A stretch of 64,000 bases of DNA. Origin: Camelus dromedarius (lineage: Eukaryota). How positions within the stretch are numbered: the stretch's first letter is position 1; each line of letters starts with the position of its first letter. Below, in pieces: positions 27,373-40,392 of the stretch. The notes below the pieces were generated by a model, which searched no databases, was not told the DNA's origin, and saw only the letters and a program-made list of their open reading frames with translations. The stretch is from positions 12,648,001-12,712,000 of the forward strand of contig NC_087436.1 of the NCBI RefSeq assembly GCF_036321535.1. Reading direction: 5' to 3'. The translations under genes and the position numbers were made by a program.

Positions 27373-27871
27373 TGTTGACAGGAAACAGACTGCCAGATAT
27401 TTTTCCAGCAAAGATGGGTTTATTCAGGATCAGCAGAGAATTGCAATTCAGGGTCTGCAACCATGGTGAGCCATGTGAAAGTCCTCTGCAAAAATGGAGG
27501 GAAGGGGGAAGGTATAGCTCAGTGGTAGAGCCCACGCTTAGCATGCACAAGGTCCTGGACTCAATCCCAAGTACCTCCATCAAAAAAAAAAAAATCTTAA
27601 ATAGACTTAATTACCTCTCCTATTCCCCCCCCCCCGCCAAAAAAAAAAAAAAAATTGGAGAGGCTAACTCTTTTATAGATGGGAAAAGGAAGTCGGAAGG
27701 GCTTTGGTAAACAGAGTCCATGGCTTTTCATTGGCTGCGTCCTTGCCAGGAAAGAAGAGGAGTCTTTCTTCCTCCTAGTGAGGTTGGCTACCTTCACAGG
27801 GTGTGAGAGCTCCCCCTTCTGGTTTCCCAACTCTTTCTAATTGAGGTTTCTATTGATTATCTTTTTTTACA
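27373..27871 (-). mobile_element. Solo LTR (ERV1-like) with a 4-bp TSD CAAG, interrupted by a SINE
   Basis: TG…CA ends with CAAG on both sides. Minus-strand AATAAA (~27418) and TATAAAA (~27671). Confidence 0.75.
27504..27654 (+). mobile_element. tRNA-derived SINE nested in the solo LTR
   Basis: ggaaggtatagctcagtggtagagcccacgcttagcatgcacaaggtcctggactcaatccc plus A-tail. Confidence 0.88.
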
Positions 27872-30424
27872 CAAGAAAAATTAGGCGTAGCATGAAATGA
27901 AAAGAATTTACCATCGCTGAATTCCTGGGTAGTCATTTGTCCATGACTTGCCAGAGGTGAAGTGGAGAGAGATTCAAGTGCAGAGGTGGAGTTTGGAGGG
28001 AGAGTTAAGGGAGTCTTAGAAAGGAAATAAATGATGTTGGTCAAGTGTGCAGCAGTTGCTGCCTCTTTGGTTTCCACCCAGGAGTGTGCCACCTGGTCAG
28101 ATCAGGTGTCAGGACCAACATGGAGCCTCCATCTCTGCTTCTTCAGCCTGCACAGATCCTTGGAGGCAGCTGCAGGCTGAGCCATGCTTTGCCAACAAAA
28201 GCTGTCTATCTGATAAACTTTGGAAGTTCAGCTCATTGTCTGCCTCAGTATAAACAAGGAGATTTTCTCAAGAATGCTAACACACATTTGTAGAGAATCT
28301 GAGAAACTTTTGGGGTCAAGCTGCTCAAAGAGTTTCCCAAAGCCTTTGAACCTGAGTCCTGCCCTGTGTCTTGATCTCTGCTCCATCATTCTGTGAAAGA
28401 GAAGAATGGAAATGAAGTTCCCTTGACAGATTGTTGGAATAAGAGCCCAAGACTCTAGAGTCCCGTGCAGCTTCTTACTCTATTTCTACTCCTTCCCATT
28501 TCTCCTGACCCTGCTAGATTTTCTATCTGAATACGTGTTCTTTTCAAAAAAGCCAGGAGAAATGGGAATGTTCATTGATTTGACTGACCCTCTGATACTA
28601 ATCACTGTTCTGAAAGAAATGTGCTCTTCTGATAAGATTACAAATAGAGTATTTGTCCCTCAGAAAACAATTGTGAAAATTAACTTGTGATTTATATTCG
28701 TAAATGAGGCATGAAGCAGTTGACAGTATGTTTCATTCCAAGCAATGCCAAAGTGAAAAAAAGAGATGTCAGATATTCTACTGTTTTCTGAGTCTTTGTG
28801 CTTTCCTTTCTTTTCCCACCAAACTACTACAAACAGAAGCCTACACTCATTTCCCATTTACATTTTAACCTACAGTCTGCTGTCTCCCCTAACCTCCCCA
28901 ACACCCCAGTATGAAGCGTTAGTAGAGTACTTATGAATTAAGGTTGCTCAATTTCTTTGTCAAATCCAACGTGAACACTGCTCAGTCCTCTCTTCTAATC
29001 TTGATGCTATTCATACACTTACCTTCTAAAGCTCCCCACTCCGTGGCTTCCTCCCAGTCTCTCCTGGTCCGCTCTAGCCTTTTGCACCATTATTCCTCAG
29101 TCTCCTTCTGGAACTTTCTTGGTCTTTCTTTCTCCCTCTTATTGGTTTGCGACTTCAGTCTCCCATTAGTACACTTTATTTTAAAAATATCTCCTTTAGA
29201 GTAGCTCCAGTGTGCCTTGGAGCTCATGGTCATGCAGCTTGGCAACAACTTATTGGCCCAGGGAGGTCACCTGCTCTGATGGTATCTGACCTAAAGGATA
29301 TGACAGAGTCCAATTGCCCCAGGATCGTCCAATTTATAGCCTCAGCTTCATCCACCACCGTGAAAACTACCAAAGATATCTCCATCCCTGAGCTCTGTCT
29401 CAAGCAGGAGACTCAAATTTCCAATTGTTTACTCTGTATTTCTACCAACAGGACCCTCCGTGACTCAGACTTTGTATATCCAAGACCAGGCTCATCCTGC
29501 CTTTCCCAAGGCTAACTCCCGTAGGACGGCACAATGCGACCAGTTATATTTATCGGTGCACCATCTTTGCCTGTTATCCCTCAGATACATGTCTTGGTTT
29601 TTCCAGTAGGCTGTTTCCCAGGCTCTCCTGACAGCTGCTTTCTGGCTTAGTTGGCCAATGTGAGGCTCTCTTAAGAGATTAGGTGAGAGGAGGGGGGAAT
29701 CCAAGGCATTACACGTATACACACATATCTTGCCAGACAATGCTTAGAACGATTTCTGTTTTCTTGGTTGCATTGTGTATGAAACACTCTCCCTCTTTCT
29801 CACCCGTCAAATCACTCCATTCTCTCCTCTCTGTCCCCACTGCCACTGACTTACATCCAGTCTCCATCATTTCTCTCCTACATTTTGGTAATAGAATGTA
29901 TGTCCTTTGAGTTAAGTCTCCTCATTCAATCTATTCTCTATATTGTTGCAGAATGAGCTCTCTAAGGTGATAACCAGGTAGTCCTCTCCCATTTAAACTG
30001 ACCAGTAGTCGTCTTCAAAGGAAAATCAGCTGCAAGTAGCTCCTTTAGAGTAGCTTCCGCGTGCCTTGGAGCCCATGGTCGTGCAACTTGACAACAACTG
30101 GTTGCTGACCCAAGGGGGTCACCTGATCAGACCATATCTGACCTATAGGATAGGAGAGTGTTCAGTGCCCCATAAGGCAGCCTGGCTAGAGAACTTTGTT
30201 CACTGTGAGCACCGATAGTGCATCTAAACTAGTCAGCCTAATCAGATCCATTGGCAATTTTTGGGGAGAGACAGGGATGTGGCAGTGCGGAGCAGAAGTG
30301 GAAGAAACACAAAGTAGAGGTGTAAAGACAGTTATGGGGCAGCAGAAGCAATGGCACACTGAGAGTAGCAGTCAGTAGGCAGGCAGAGGAGTAGCAGTTC
30401 AAAGCTCAGTGTGGGGGCAGGTGG

Positions 30425-30512
30425 CTAGGGTGTCGCTCATGTGGTGGAGCGCATGCTCGGTATGCATGAGGTCCTGGGTTCAATCCCCAGTATCGCCATG
30501 AAAAAAAATAAA
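30425..30512 (+). mobile_element. tRNA-derived SINE, diverged copy
   Basis: agggtgtcgctcatgtggtggagcgcatgctcggtatgcatgaggtcctgggttcaatccccag plus aaaaaaataaacct. Confidence 0.8.
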
Positions 30513-31824
30513 CCTCCCACTTTTTCATGTATCCCTAAATAAACCTCTAGCCATAAAACGTCTGTTTCTCTTCCTCACAACCGAATTCCACCCATATTTA
30601 TGCTTTTCACAAAAATCGCGTGCTTATTAGACTTACCTTTGGAAAGTTTAGGAAACACTTTCCACTCAAGACTGTCAGTGTAAAGTCCTCTGTGATTTTG
30701 CCTCCTGTCTCCAGCATCACCTGAGCAGAGTCGTCCTTCCTCAAAGGAACGGTGTGTTCTCTGTAACAGCACTGGGCATCTTTCTCTCAATGCAGTGACA
30801 TAAACACAGATGATTATTCTTACTGACTAGCAGCAATCCAACTACAAGAGGGCTCTCAGGACTCTGTCCCTTTGTATTTACCGCTCCAGGTGCCTGCAAT
30901 TGCCTGGAAGAGGGAATCCTCTCTCACTGTAAAGATTTGTGTTCTTTATGGCTTGGTTAAGGTGTCAAGGAAGACTTCTGTGCCATCCCTCTCCTTGACT
31001 GCCCCCAGTAGACAGGTCTTAGCTCCTGTTCTTCTGACACCTGTACAAGCTTATCATTGTTTTGAAATTGATTTACTTGCTATTCTTTCTCCCTAGATTG
31101 AGGAACTACCGGACTGAGATCCTAACTATTTCATTCTTGTGTGGCCCTGCTTGGACTACGCAGAGGGTCTGCAAGAAATTAATACATTCATTGCAGGAAA
31201 GCTTGTCCAAGTTATGGGAGACCTCAGGGAGCTGATGTGGTTATAGTGGAAAGCAAGCTGGAGTCAAGCTTTGGCTCTGGATCGAATTATTTGCATAATC
31301 ACAAAGTATCTCAAACTGTGTCTGATTTTCCATAGCGGAACTGTGATGAGATGTTTAAGGGTTCAGCCCAGGAACTTCTGTGGTCTTTGTCATGCTGTGA
31401 ATGGCCTGGGACTTGCTCCTACTGATACCTCGTCCCCACCCGTCCCCACCCCACCCCACTTGTGGCTAGTGTAGAGCTGCAGGCTGCCTTGGTAACATTA
31501 CACATCTGGTTAGAGATTTCATGCCCATGGCTCTGATTATTTGTTGTTGTTGCCTGATTTTGTGGAACAGAGAAGGATTTGTTATTCAACAGGACACAGA
31601 ACCCTTTTTCCATAGTCAAGGTAGGCTTCAAGATGTGGATAACACAGATTATATCAATCTGAAGGTAGCTCCACAAAAAGTTTAATTTTAAATATATAAA
31701 ACTCTGTTCAGCAGAGAAAGCTCTAAGAAGCAAAAACTTCCAGGTTACCGTGTTCAAAAACAGTGTTACCTACTTTTACGTATTTCAAACTCAGAGGCGA
31801 GAGAGAACAGTATGCAAAATTGAT

Positions 31825-31830
31825 TTTATT
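31825..31830 (-). terminator. LRAT: Probable LRAT polyadenylation signal (AATAAA), giving a ~3.7-kb 3'UTR (31805-35498)
   Basis: tttatt on the plus strand; consistent with the long 3'UTR of mammalian LRAT mRNA. Other AATAAA sites exist nearer the stop (~32177, ~33784). Confidence 0.55.
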
Positions 31831-34800
31831 GAACATGCATGTATATCAAATATAAAATTAGTTGAGCTGACAGATCTAGATAAGTCTCTAAATAGATCAT
31901 ATAAAACAGAAGATTAGCAATCATCATTTCTTAGATATTTCTCATCTATAATAAGACTTTTGCCATTGGCACAAACTTTGATATCATTGGTAAACATTTT
32001 TGATACTTGACAATCAAGGTATGAAATAGAAAATGGAAAAATATGAAATAGATCTATATTCTGAAACAAATAATTTTTTAAACAAGAAATCCATACTTCT
32101 TGGCTTGTCCTGTGGGAAAAAACTTATCTAGCAGAACAAAGAGCTAGAACATCCAATATCCACATGGTCACCACATTTATTTATTTTTCAGGAACCAACT
32201 TTCTGGAGGAAAGGATACACAACTCCTCTCTGACACTCCAGCAAGAGTTATTCATGAGTCAAAAAGAAGTATTTAGCTAAAGTCTGCTGATGTTTCTTTG
32301 ACAAGTTTGCTCTCCATTCTTACAATTACAGTCCATTGTTTGAGAGACTGAGGGCCATAACTAGTCTCTTAAGATCCCCTTGCTCTGTCTTGACCACACC
32401 CCACCCACAGCCTTCCTCCATGCTCTTGAGAATTACCGCTCTGAATCCTGAATCTCCGTTACCTGTTCATAAAATCCGAACTTCTTGATCTACACAAGCC
32501 TTGAACCCCCTGATCACTGCTCTCCTTTTCCGGCATCTCTCCTCATCAGCCTGGCCATGCTCTCCCCTCTGAAACCACTTGCATTTGCCTGGATGCCCCA
32601 TGCAGTTTCATGCTTTCAGTCACTGAAGAGTGAAGTACCTCCCACGTATGTGCCAAGGTGTGGTGGGGGCGACTTTCACGCATTTGCTCATGCTGTCCCC
32701 AAGGCACAGAATGTCCTGCCCCAAATCTGTCCTTTTAGAAAACACTCCCATTTTTCAAGTCTTAGCACAGTGCCTATAATTTTGGCCTTATCAGTGAAAA
32801 TCAACCAGGTTTTTTTTCCTGTGCCTTTAATCAGCTGAACTGCAGAAAGTCTTAACAGTACTTTTATGTCTGTGAGACCATAAACTTTGAGAAAAAGGTC
32901 CATGTCTCGTTCATCTTTTCATTACCAGTGCCTGCATAGTACCTGACACGTGCGGCATTTCATCTTAGCCCCAATGAGTCCCAGTCAGCCTTTAGCTAGG
33001 CACAGCAAAGAACAAAATAAACAACCAAAAACTGCATCAGACACGACTTGATTATCGCTTCACAAGTTACAATCGAATTTTAGAAATATAAGGGATTTGC
33101 AGGACCACTGGTGTGAATCTTAACAAATGAAGCCCAGAGAGATTCATTAGAGACGCAGTCACGGCTCAAGGTTTCTTTTCTAACCGTGATCAAGGCTCTA
33201 TATACGCTTCTTCTCCTACCTTGTTAAACAACTGATCCCACTGAGCACAACGAAACGAAAACTCTCCTTTCCTCCTAAGAAGGTCAACAAATTCTAGTGC
33301 CGTGAGAACATTTAATCAAAAAAACCCCCTCCTTTCTGGTTCCCTCTTCCCACACGTAGTGAAACACATCCGTTTAATGAGACCACGCAGCCTAACGCTA
33401 GCACTGCCTCCTTCACTCTGACTTCTCCTGCCCTTCAGGAAGAGTTCATTTCTTCTGCCTCTGTTCCCATAGCACTGCATTTACACTAATATAGGTCGTT
33501 AAAAATTGATATTAACTGCAGACCATGAAATTGTACCAGGTCAGGGTCTGGCACATAATGAGCACACAAATGAAGGATGAATTGAATCTGGCTTTGAGGA
33601 TATGAAGCGAGTCAGGACTAACTATGTTCACTCCAACCTTAAGTACTTCCTTTGGCTTTTAATGAGGGATCATGATCTTTGAACACAAATTTAACACCAG
33701 ACAGTGGTTTTTGTTACCTGCAACACCAAAGTCTGCCCCAAAGGGTGTTAAATATTTATGAGGACACCATTTTTTTAAATGAATTTATTTAAACAATTGC
33801 TACATGGATAATATACAGGAAGTGAAAAACCACTAATACAGTGGAGTCTCACAGTGGTTGTTTCTAACGTAGACACACTAAAAATAATTTTCAATGTCTG
33901 GAATAGGCCCATAGAACACTTTATCCTGTGGTGTTGCCATTTTATGTTTTAATTATTTAAAACATTTAAATGATTAAACACAAAGGTTAATTATTATTAA
34001 ACTCTCACTACATTCGTGGTAGGTAAATTAGTGGTGATAAAGCATCAGATACACTAACATCTGCTCTTAAATTCATTCTGATTGGATTACTGAGTGACCA
34101 ACTCCACCCTCCTCATACTACTCATTATGTGACTCATTATCTTGTGATTCTTGATACTTTATAAAGCATTTAATACTTGAAATGCAGGTCTAGCTTGTGC
34201 TTTAATTTTTAGAATTTGGTCATTTTGCAAACACGCTTACACGCTGGCTTGAACACTGCTACATCACAACTCTGATATGAAAACAGCCTCTGTGTAATCA
34301 ACTTACATGCCTGGTGGCATTAAGACACTGAAAAATTATTCTTAACAGTTATTTCCTTTGGTCCCACTTGTTTGGGTTTTATAGACTGCTGAAGCGTCGT
34401 TCTTTTAAGGATGTAAACCGTACTGACTTAGCAGTGAAAATGGAGAAGCCTGACTAGAAAACAAATCTCAGGGCTTTTAGAAATTCTATGGTGCAGTAGT
34501 AAGTGCTTTAAAAGATAAATCATCCAATGACAAACATGCAAGTTACACCGGTGGTGCAAGAACCTAAGTGAATGGATGGAACGTGCCTTTACATTCACCT
34601 CTACCAATGCTTTGCACTAACCACACTTGTATGATAAGAAAGCCATCAAGAACGAAGCTTGTCTTTCATCAGCCTGAGTGCATGTGGATATCTGTATATT
34701 TAACTGGCACATACACACTCCAAGTACCCAGATTACTTCAATCCTATATTCATTTTCCTCTCAGAGTGGTTTAAAGGAACTACAGTGACACATAAAAGGG

Positions 34801-35498
34801 GGAAAAAAAAAAGAATGCCAGGACTCCTATTAAGTAAAGCCAAATCAAATAATACTGCAGCGCTAATAGCTAAAACACAGATTTCTATAGTTCTGGTCAA
34901 CTACTTTGTCATTAAACCTTAACTTTGCCAATATGGTTTCAAGTAATGAAATTATTCTTGACTTACTGGAAATTATACATAATACATGAAAAAAAAATTG
35001 TGATTTTGTTTTTTGGCCAATCATCAAACATGTTTTCATCTGAGTAAGGGAAATTCTTTGAGTTTAATACAAATTTTTCAATGAAACAACATAAATTTAC
35101 AATAAACTTAGTGATCTTATTCAATAAATTTTCCAATCTTCAAATTCAGGCGTAACAGAGAAGAGCAATGATTACAGGAGAGAAAATAATAATAACACAA
35201 ATAATCTCCTGTGGCCATCATCTTAGGGGCTGGTTTTCTTGTAACGACGCATTCTATCAGAAGTTGTTGCGTTTCCAAGATTTGCACAATGCTTTAAAAT
35301 GGAACTGCCTGAGAAGATTCAGAAAGCCTTTTGTTCTTGGGCTTACATGGTAAGCACTTGGCGTGATTCTTAATCACATTTTTATCCGGAACACAGTGTT
35401 ACAGGTCACATTTTTCTCGACTATGCATATACTGATTTGTGCTCTACAAATATGAACATATCTACACACCGAATACACACTGACAAGGGGGCATGAAG

Positions 35499-35651
35499 TT
35501 AGCCAGCCATCCATAAGCAGAATGGAATAAAAATTGCAGGAAGGGTAGTATATGATGCCATGCCCAGACAGACTATAGACGCCAATCCCAAGACTGCCGA
35601 AGCAAGAACGCTTCTCTGATCGCGAATAATTATCTTCACATTCTCACAAAA
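35499..35651 (-). CDS. LRAT: LRAT coding exon 3: C-terminal transmembrane anchor
   Basis: Acceptor ttttattttccag|TTT at 35651. Encodes [53 protein letters not shown]. Too short for the ORF track. Confidence 0.97.
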   Translation of the reverse strand, partial: FCENVKIIIRDQRSVLASAVLGLASIVCLGMASYTTLPAIFIPFCLWMAG

Positions 35652-37912
35652 CTGGAAAATAAAATGTAAGAATATTAGAAAAGGTGGCTAAACTGAAGAA
35701 GAGTCACCTATCCCAAACAGCAGAGCAGAGTTTCCCCAGCTATTTTCTATCTACCAGACAGAGGAGATTTCTCTCACATCTTAGGAAAGGATTTAAGATG
35801 TTACTTAATAGTTCAGTTTCTTGATGCCACATCCCATAGTAGCTGAAATGATACTTTAGGCTACTAGGTTAATCCTGGAAGCTGTCTTTGAAAAGATAGG
35901 ACATTTATAGGAAACTAGGAAATGTAAGCACATAAAAGTTATTCAGGATTAAAGGTTAAAAACCATATTAAACTGCCTCTCAATAACAATAACATATTCT
36001 AAAGTTAAATAAGCAAATCAAATTTAGCGTATCATTCCTGGTGAATTCAGTTCCCACAACTCACCAGCCTACAGTTTGGTAACACTCATGATGATAACTT
36101 TCTCATCAGTCTCAAAACCGAAAGGCACACAAAGTCTGATTTGGTTGTCATACCCCATTCCCTGCCAAAATAGGTTATGTTCACAATCAGTTATGTGACA
36201 CAAAATTGACTGCTGCAAATACAGATAAATTAAACATGATCCTTACCCCTGAGGAATGCATTCTTCTAATGTGTGTAATTTTTCTTCCTTAGAAAACTAA
36301 TTTCCAGAGAAAATAGCTATGGTTGAGTTCTGGATCATCTAACCATTTAACCTGTCCAGACTACCCTCTGCTCCTGCAATGGGAATACTGAGGTTATTAT
36401 GAGGATCGAATGAGACCTTTTTTGCAGAAGTACTCTGTACTCATCTGCACACTATATAAATGTAAGGTATTACAATGATTATTATGACTGCTATATTAGT
36501 TGACAATTATCTCTACCTCCTCACTGTCAGGGCAGAATGTAGCAATCAATTACTTCATTTTGATATGAGTTTTAAGCTCCTTTTCTAGACATGACATTAT
36601 ACGCTTTTAGGGTCTCCTATAGTGGCCTGTTTAGTCCTGGACAGCTAGGTTTCCAAATTCTTAATGGATAGAATGCACAAGTTCAATATATTTTAACACA
36701 CTATCTTCACTGTAAAGTTGTCCCTGTCCGTACTTTATACAGTATCTCAACAAATACAAAATTTCCTGTTGGTTATCCAGATGTCATTCTTTTTATATGT
36801 CAACTATATGATTTGTCTCTTTTAAACTAAACTAACAAGACATTGAGTTACAAACACACCATCTTAAAAGTGATGAGAATGAAACTGAATGAAGTTTTCA
36901 GGACAATGAGAAAGTTGCTTAGCAATTAATGGGAAGGTATACACTGAAGTAAATGAGAATATCGTCTTGATACAGTCATGCTTCCTTTATCTTTTTTCCC
37001 AATAATTTTTAATTAAGGCCTACACAGTATCATTCTGGGCTCTCTTTTCCCCAAAAGATTTTCCCAAGGAGCATCTCATTTCGAATGTCCTAGTCTTGTT
37101 CACTTGGCTGTCAGTGCAGGAGGCATCTCTCAAAGGTAGGAAAATGTCTTGTATTTCTAGGTGTTAAGAAGCCTGTAAGGGCAGTTTTGAGCACTGAATC
37201 CCCAGAAATTAAAAGGGGTCTGTGCATTCATTTTGGCAATGAAAACCAGCAAAGGAAAAAAAAAGGATAAGGAATAGTAATAGTTACTAATTAAAGGGCT
37301 TTATAGTTTACAAAACACTGAAATTTTTAACAATAATATAAAAGTTTAATTTTTTGATTTCTAAACTTATAAAAAAAAAAGAGCATCACTACAAAAAAAT
37401 AAGATTCTCTCCGAGTTCACGTTTATATTAATTGCAGTGTTTTCGTGAGGGAAAGCGCTTTTGAGAGTTTTCACAAACTCAGATTTAAGAGGCAACTCTG
37501 CAACTCTCCTGTTGAGCTGATAATAGCTGTATATATTGTGAACTCCACAATTCGTCCCAGAATCAGGTCATTCCTTATGCTTCTGAAAAATAGAAACCAG
37601 TCCTCCTTCAGTATTAATGACCTACTTCTCCTAGGGCATGTTCAAAAACACTCCTTAGAATTGGAATATTTGGGACGGGGATTTTTTTCTCCCCCCTCCC
37701 CAGGAAATCTACTCTGTGGCCAAGCTGTTTGTTAGACCATTCAAAGCGAGGACAAAAACTCAACTTCACAAGAGGTGCTATGCAGCAAATAGCAATTAAA
37801 ACACTTCTCTACTTCTGTGAAATCTTCCAAACTTTCCAAAGATGAAAAACTACTCCAGCTAGTTGTTAATGCAGATTAAATATTTTACTACCTTAAGAAA
37901 GCACTTGTACTG

Positions 37913-37913
<1 letters not shown>

Positions 37914-37970
<57 letters not shown>
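37914..37970. repeat. (GT)~28 microsatellite in LRAT intron 2
   Basis: Uninterrupted GT run. Confidence 0.97.
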
Positions 37971-37973
<3 letters not shown>

Positions 37974-39430
37974 GTAGAAGTATGTAATACAGTGCTATAT
38001 GTGTTCCATGAAAGGGTAACTCCTAATTACGGGATAGAAATACTGTTTTTCCTTAGAGAAATGATTTGCTTTGGGTCCTGAGTAAATCTGACGTGTTTCC
38101 TTTTGAACACTTTTGGAGCCAGTGTTTGTAAATGTGGTGAAGTTCATTTCTAGACGGGCCTGGACTGGAGCTGTGAGTCTTGAATCACTGCACAGTGCTC
38201 TAATTGTATTTTTATTTTACTTAGAAAATAATTCCTAGATTGAGTCTCTCGTGGCTTTATAAATAATCTATAGAGTTTTAGACACTGATGTATACAAGCA
38301 TTATACTTTCCTGCTCTGCCACAGAGGAAAGATTTTCCTATATGGGTCCAAAAATTAAGATGTAGAGCAATAGAAAATTGGTTACATGGCCTCAGATTCT
38401 TTGGTCCCACAATATCTAAGGTGAAGAGTAAAATCTGAAGCTTCTTTTGTGATTGCCCAGGTTTTCACAGTGAAGGGCACACATTATCAATACCTCTTTA
38501 GCCACTGCAGGGAAGGCTGAGAAAGCTTCCAATTGCAAATGAAGTTGCAGGCTTAAAATGTTAACGTTACAAGTGAAGAGGTTTCAAATGTTAATAAAAA
38601 TCCACTGTTTTTCCTTTGGGTTTGTACCTAATGTAATCATCTTAAATTCGAACTTTTTTTTTTTTTTTCCTTTTTAAAGTAGCCATAAAAAAGACCTTCC
38701 AACATTTAATGGCTCTTCTTGAAAATCAATTGTTTTGATCTCTGGGGAACATGTAAACAAACTAACCTATCTGTGGGACTAGTGGGTAAAGGATGCTTAA
38801 CAATGAGGAAGTCTAGATGGGGATTAAAGCCAATACTGAAAGAATTCAGAATACCAAGGAAAAGACTTCTCTGAAGCCCAGACACAGGAGGAAGGGATCT
38901 ACCTGGGAGGTCTTCTTAATAGAAATCTTGGTAGTTTATTATTAAGCAAAGGAAATTCACTCTCTGCAGCTTAGGGGGAAACTGCATGCATCCTTATTTT
39001 AAAGGGACAACATTTGTACTATACAGTGTTATAGATTAGATATAAACTCTGGACACTTTCCTTCCAACTGCAATTCTTGGGTAAAGTTGCAAGCACAGGG
39101 TGACAGATTTTCTGTGACTCTCCCATTTACCTGCCCTTTGTCATATTTCAGCTACCCTGGGGGACACCATGATGACTTCCGCAGCAATAACTGGGCAGCT
39201 CTCTGGCATCGCTGGCAACTGTACTGCACTGCCACACTCTTTCACTGTGCATTTCGAGATATCCTGCAAGGCACATTGCCACTTATGTATTCACTTGGCC
39301 TCCCCGAGGAACATCAGAGGACTCCTTCCTAAGTCTAGAACTCAATCCCTGCTCAAACCCAGGGGAGAGAAAAGGTTAGAGATGGGAGGGGGCGTCCTCA
39401 CCGAGCCCACCGGCGAGTCACGCGTCGTAC

Positions 39431-39967
39431 CTTGTCCGACTGGGGGCTGATGGCGGTGCCGAACCTGCAGTAGGTCACGAAGTGCTCGCAATTGTTCCAC
39501 AGTAGGCTGTAGGAAGTCGTGCCCAGCAGCTTCTCCGCCCTCTGCGCCACCTCTTCGTTGAGCAGCGCCTTTTTCTTGAGGGACTTGTCCAGGTGATTGA
39601 CCAGGATGTCGGCACCGTAGGCAAAATCCTCCACCGTGTCCACGCGGATGCTGGCCACCTTGACAATGACGCCCAGGACGAGACGCTTGTTAGAGACCAC
39701 CTTCTGCGTGAGCCCCTTGTCATCGGTCAGGGCCAACAGGATGTCCGGCATCATGTGCGCGACACGGTTGTCGCCCAGGTAGATGCCATAGTGTGTGAAG
39801 TTGGTCCGGGGCACCTCCAGCACGTCGCCGCGGAGGAAAGAGTTTACACTGTAAGTGGTCATTGCCTTGTTCTCACCCGGGGTGCCCGAACTGAAGAGCT
39901 TGAAGTTGGAGATGAGGAGCAGCTTCTCCAGCACTAGGGACACCGCCTCCAGCATCGGGTTCTTCAT
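39431..39967 (-). CDS. LRAT: LRAT coding exon 2: lecithin retinol acyltransferase, permuted NlpC/P60 catalytic domain (full protein 229 aa)
   Basis: Acceptor ttttccctgcag|G-ATG. Encodes [22 protein letters not shown]…[14 protein letters not shown]…[16 protein letters not shown]…SPQSDK. Donor AAG|gtacga at 39431. Catalytic His/His/Cys (H59, H71, C160 here) are intact. Confidence 0.98.
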
Positions 39968-40068
39968 CCTGCAGGGAAAAGGGAGTTTTAGGGGGACTGC
40001 CGCCCCTCGGGCGCCGGCCGGGACTGGCAAGGTGAGCTGGCGAGACAGGGCGCTGCGCCGCTGCTCAC

Positions 40069-40300
40069 CTGCCAGCCAGCCGCTCCGGGCCGCGGGGCAA
40101 GGCGGCTGCGGAGGAGGGAGGGCGAGAAAAAAGGGAGAGGGAGAAGCCTGGAGATTGGCTTGCCCGAACCTCACTGCGGACTGAGAAGGATAAGGAACCG
40201 GCGGCGGTGGCTGGTGGCTGGACAGTGGGACCCGCGCCGCAGGCAGCAGGCGGGGACCAGCACCTGGTGGCCGGGCCGAGGCGCAGGGCCGCGCGCGGTG
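40069..40300 (-). other. LRAT: LRAT non-coding exon 1 (TSS approximate); 100-bp intron 1 (39969-40068)
   Basis: Strong donor CAG|gtgagc at 40069; located just downstream of the TATA-like, GC and CCAAT elements. Confidence 0.75.
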
Positions 40301-40319
40301 CTCTGCGTGGCGAAGTCTC

Positions 40320-40392
40320 TAAGGCCTTTTATTGCCGTCGAGGGGGCGGGGCCGAATGCCGTCACAAACCCAGCGAGAGCGCTGATTGGGCG
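40320..40392 (-). promoter_or_regulatory. LRAT: LRAT core promoter: TATA-like AATAAAA (~40327-40333), GC box (~40342-40351), CCAAT (40385-40389), within a CpG island spanning ~39.4-42.2 kb
   Basis: Canonical CCAAT-GC-TATA order and spacing on the minus strand. Confidence 0.75.

Noticed and set aside
39968..40174. 69-aa N-terminal extension of LRAT in the ORF track
   Set aside because: Starts at GTG and runs through exon 1 and intron 1; the true start is the ATG at 39967, just after a canonical acceptor.
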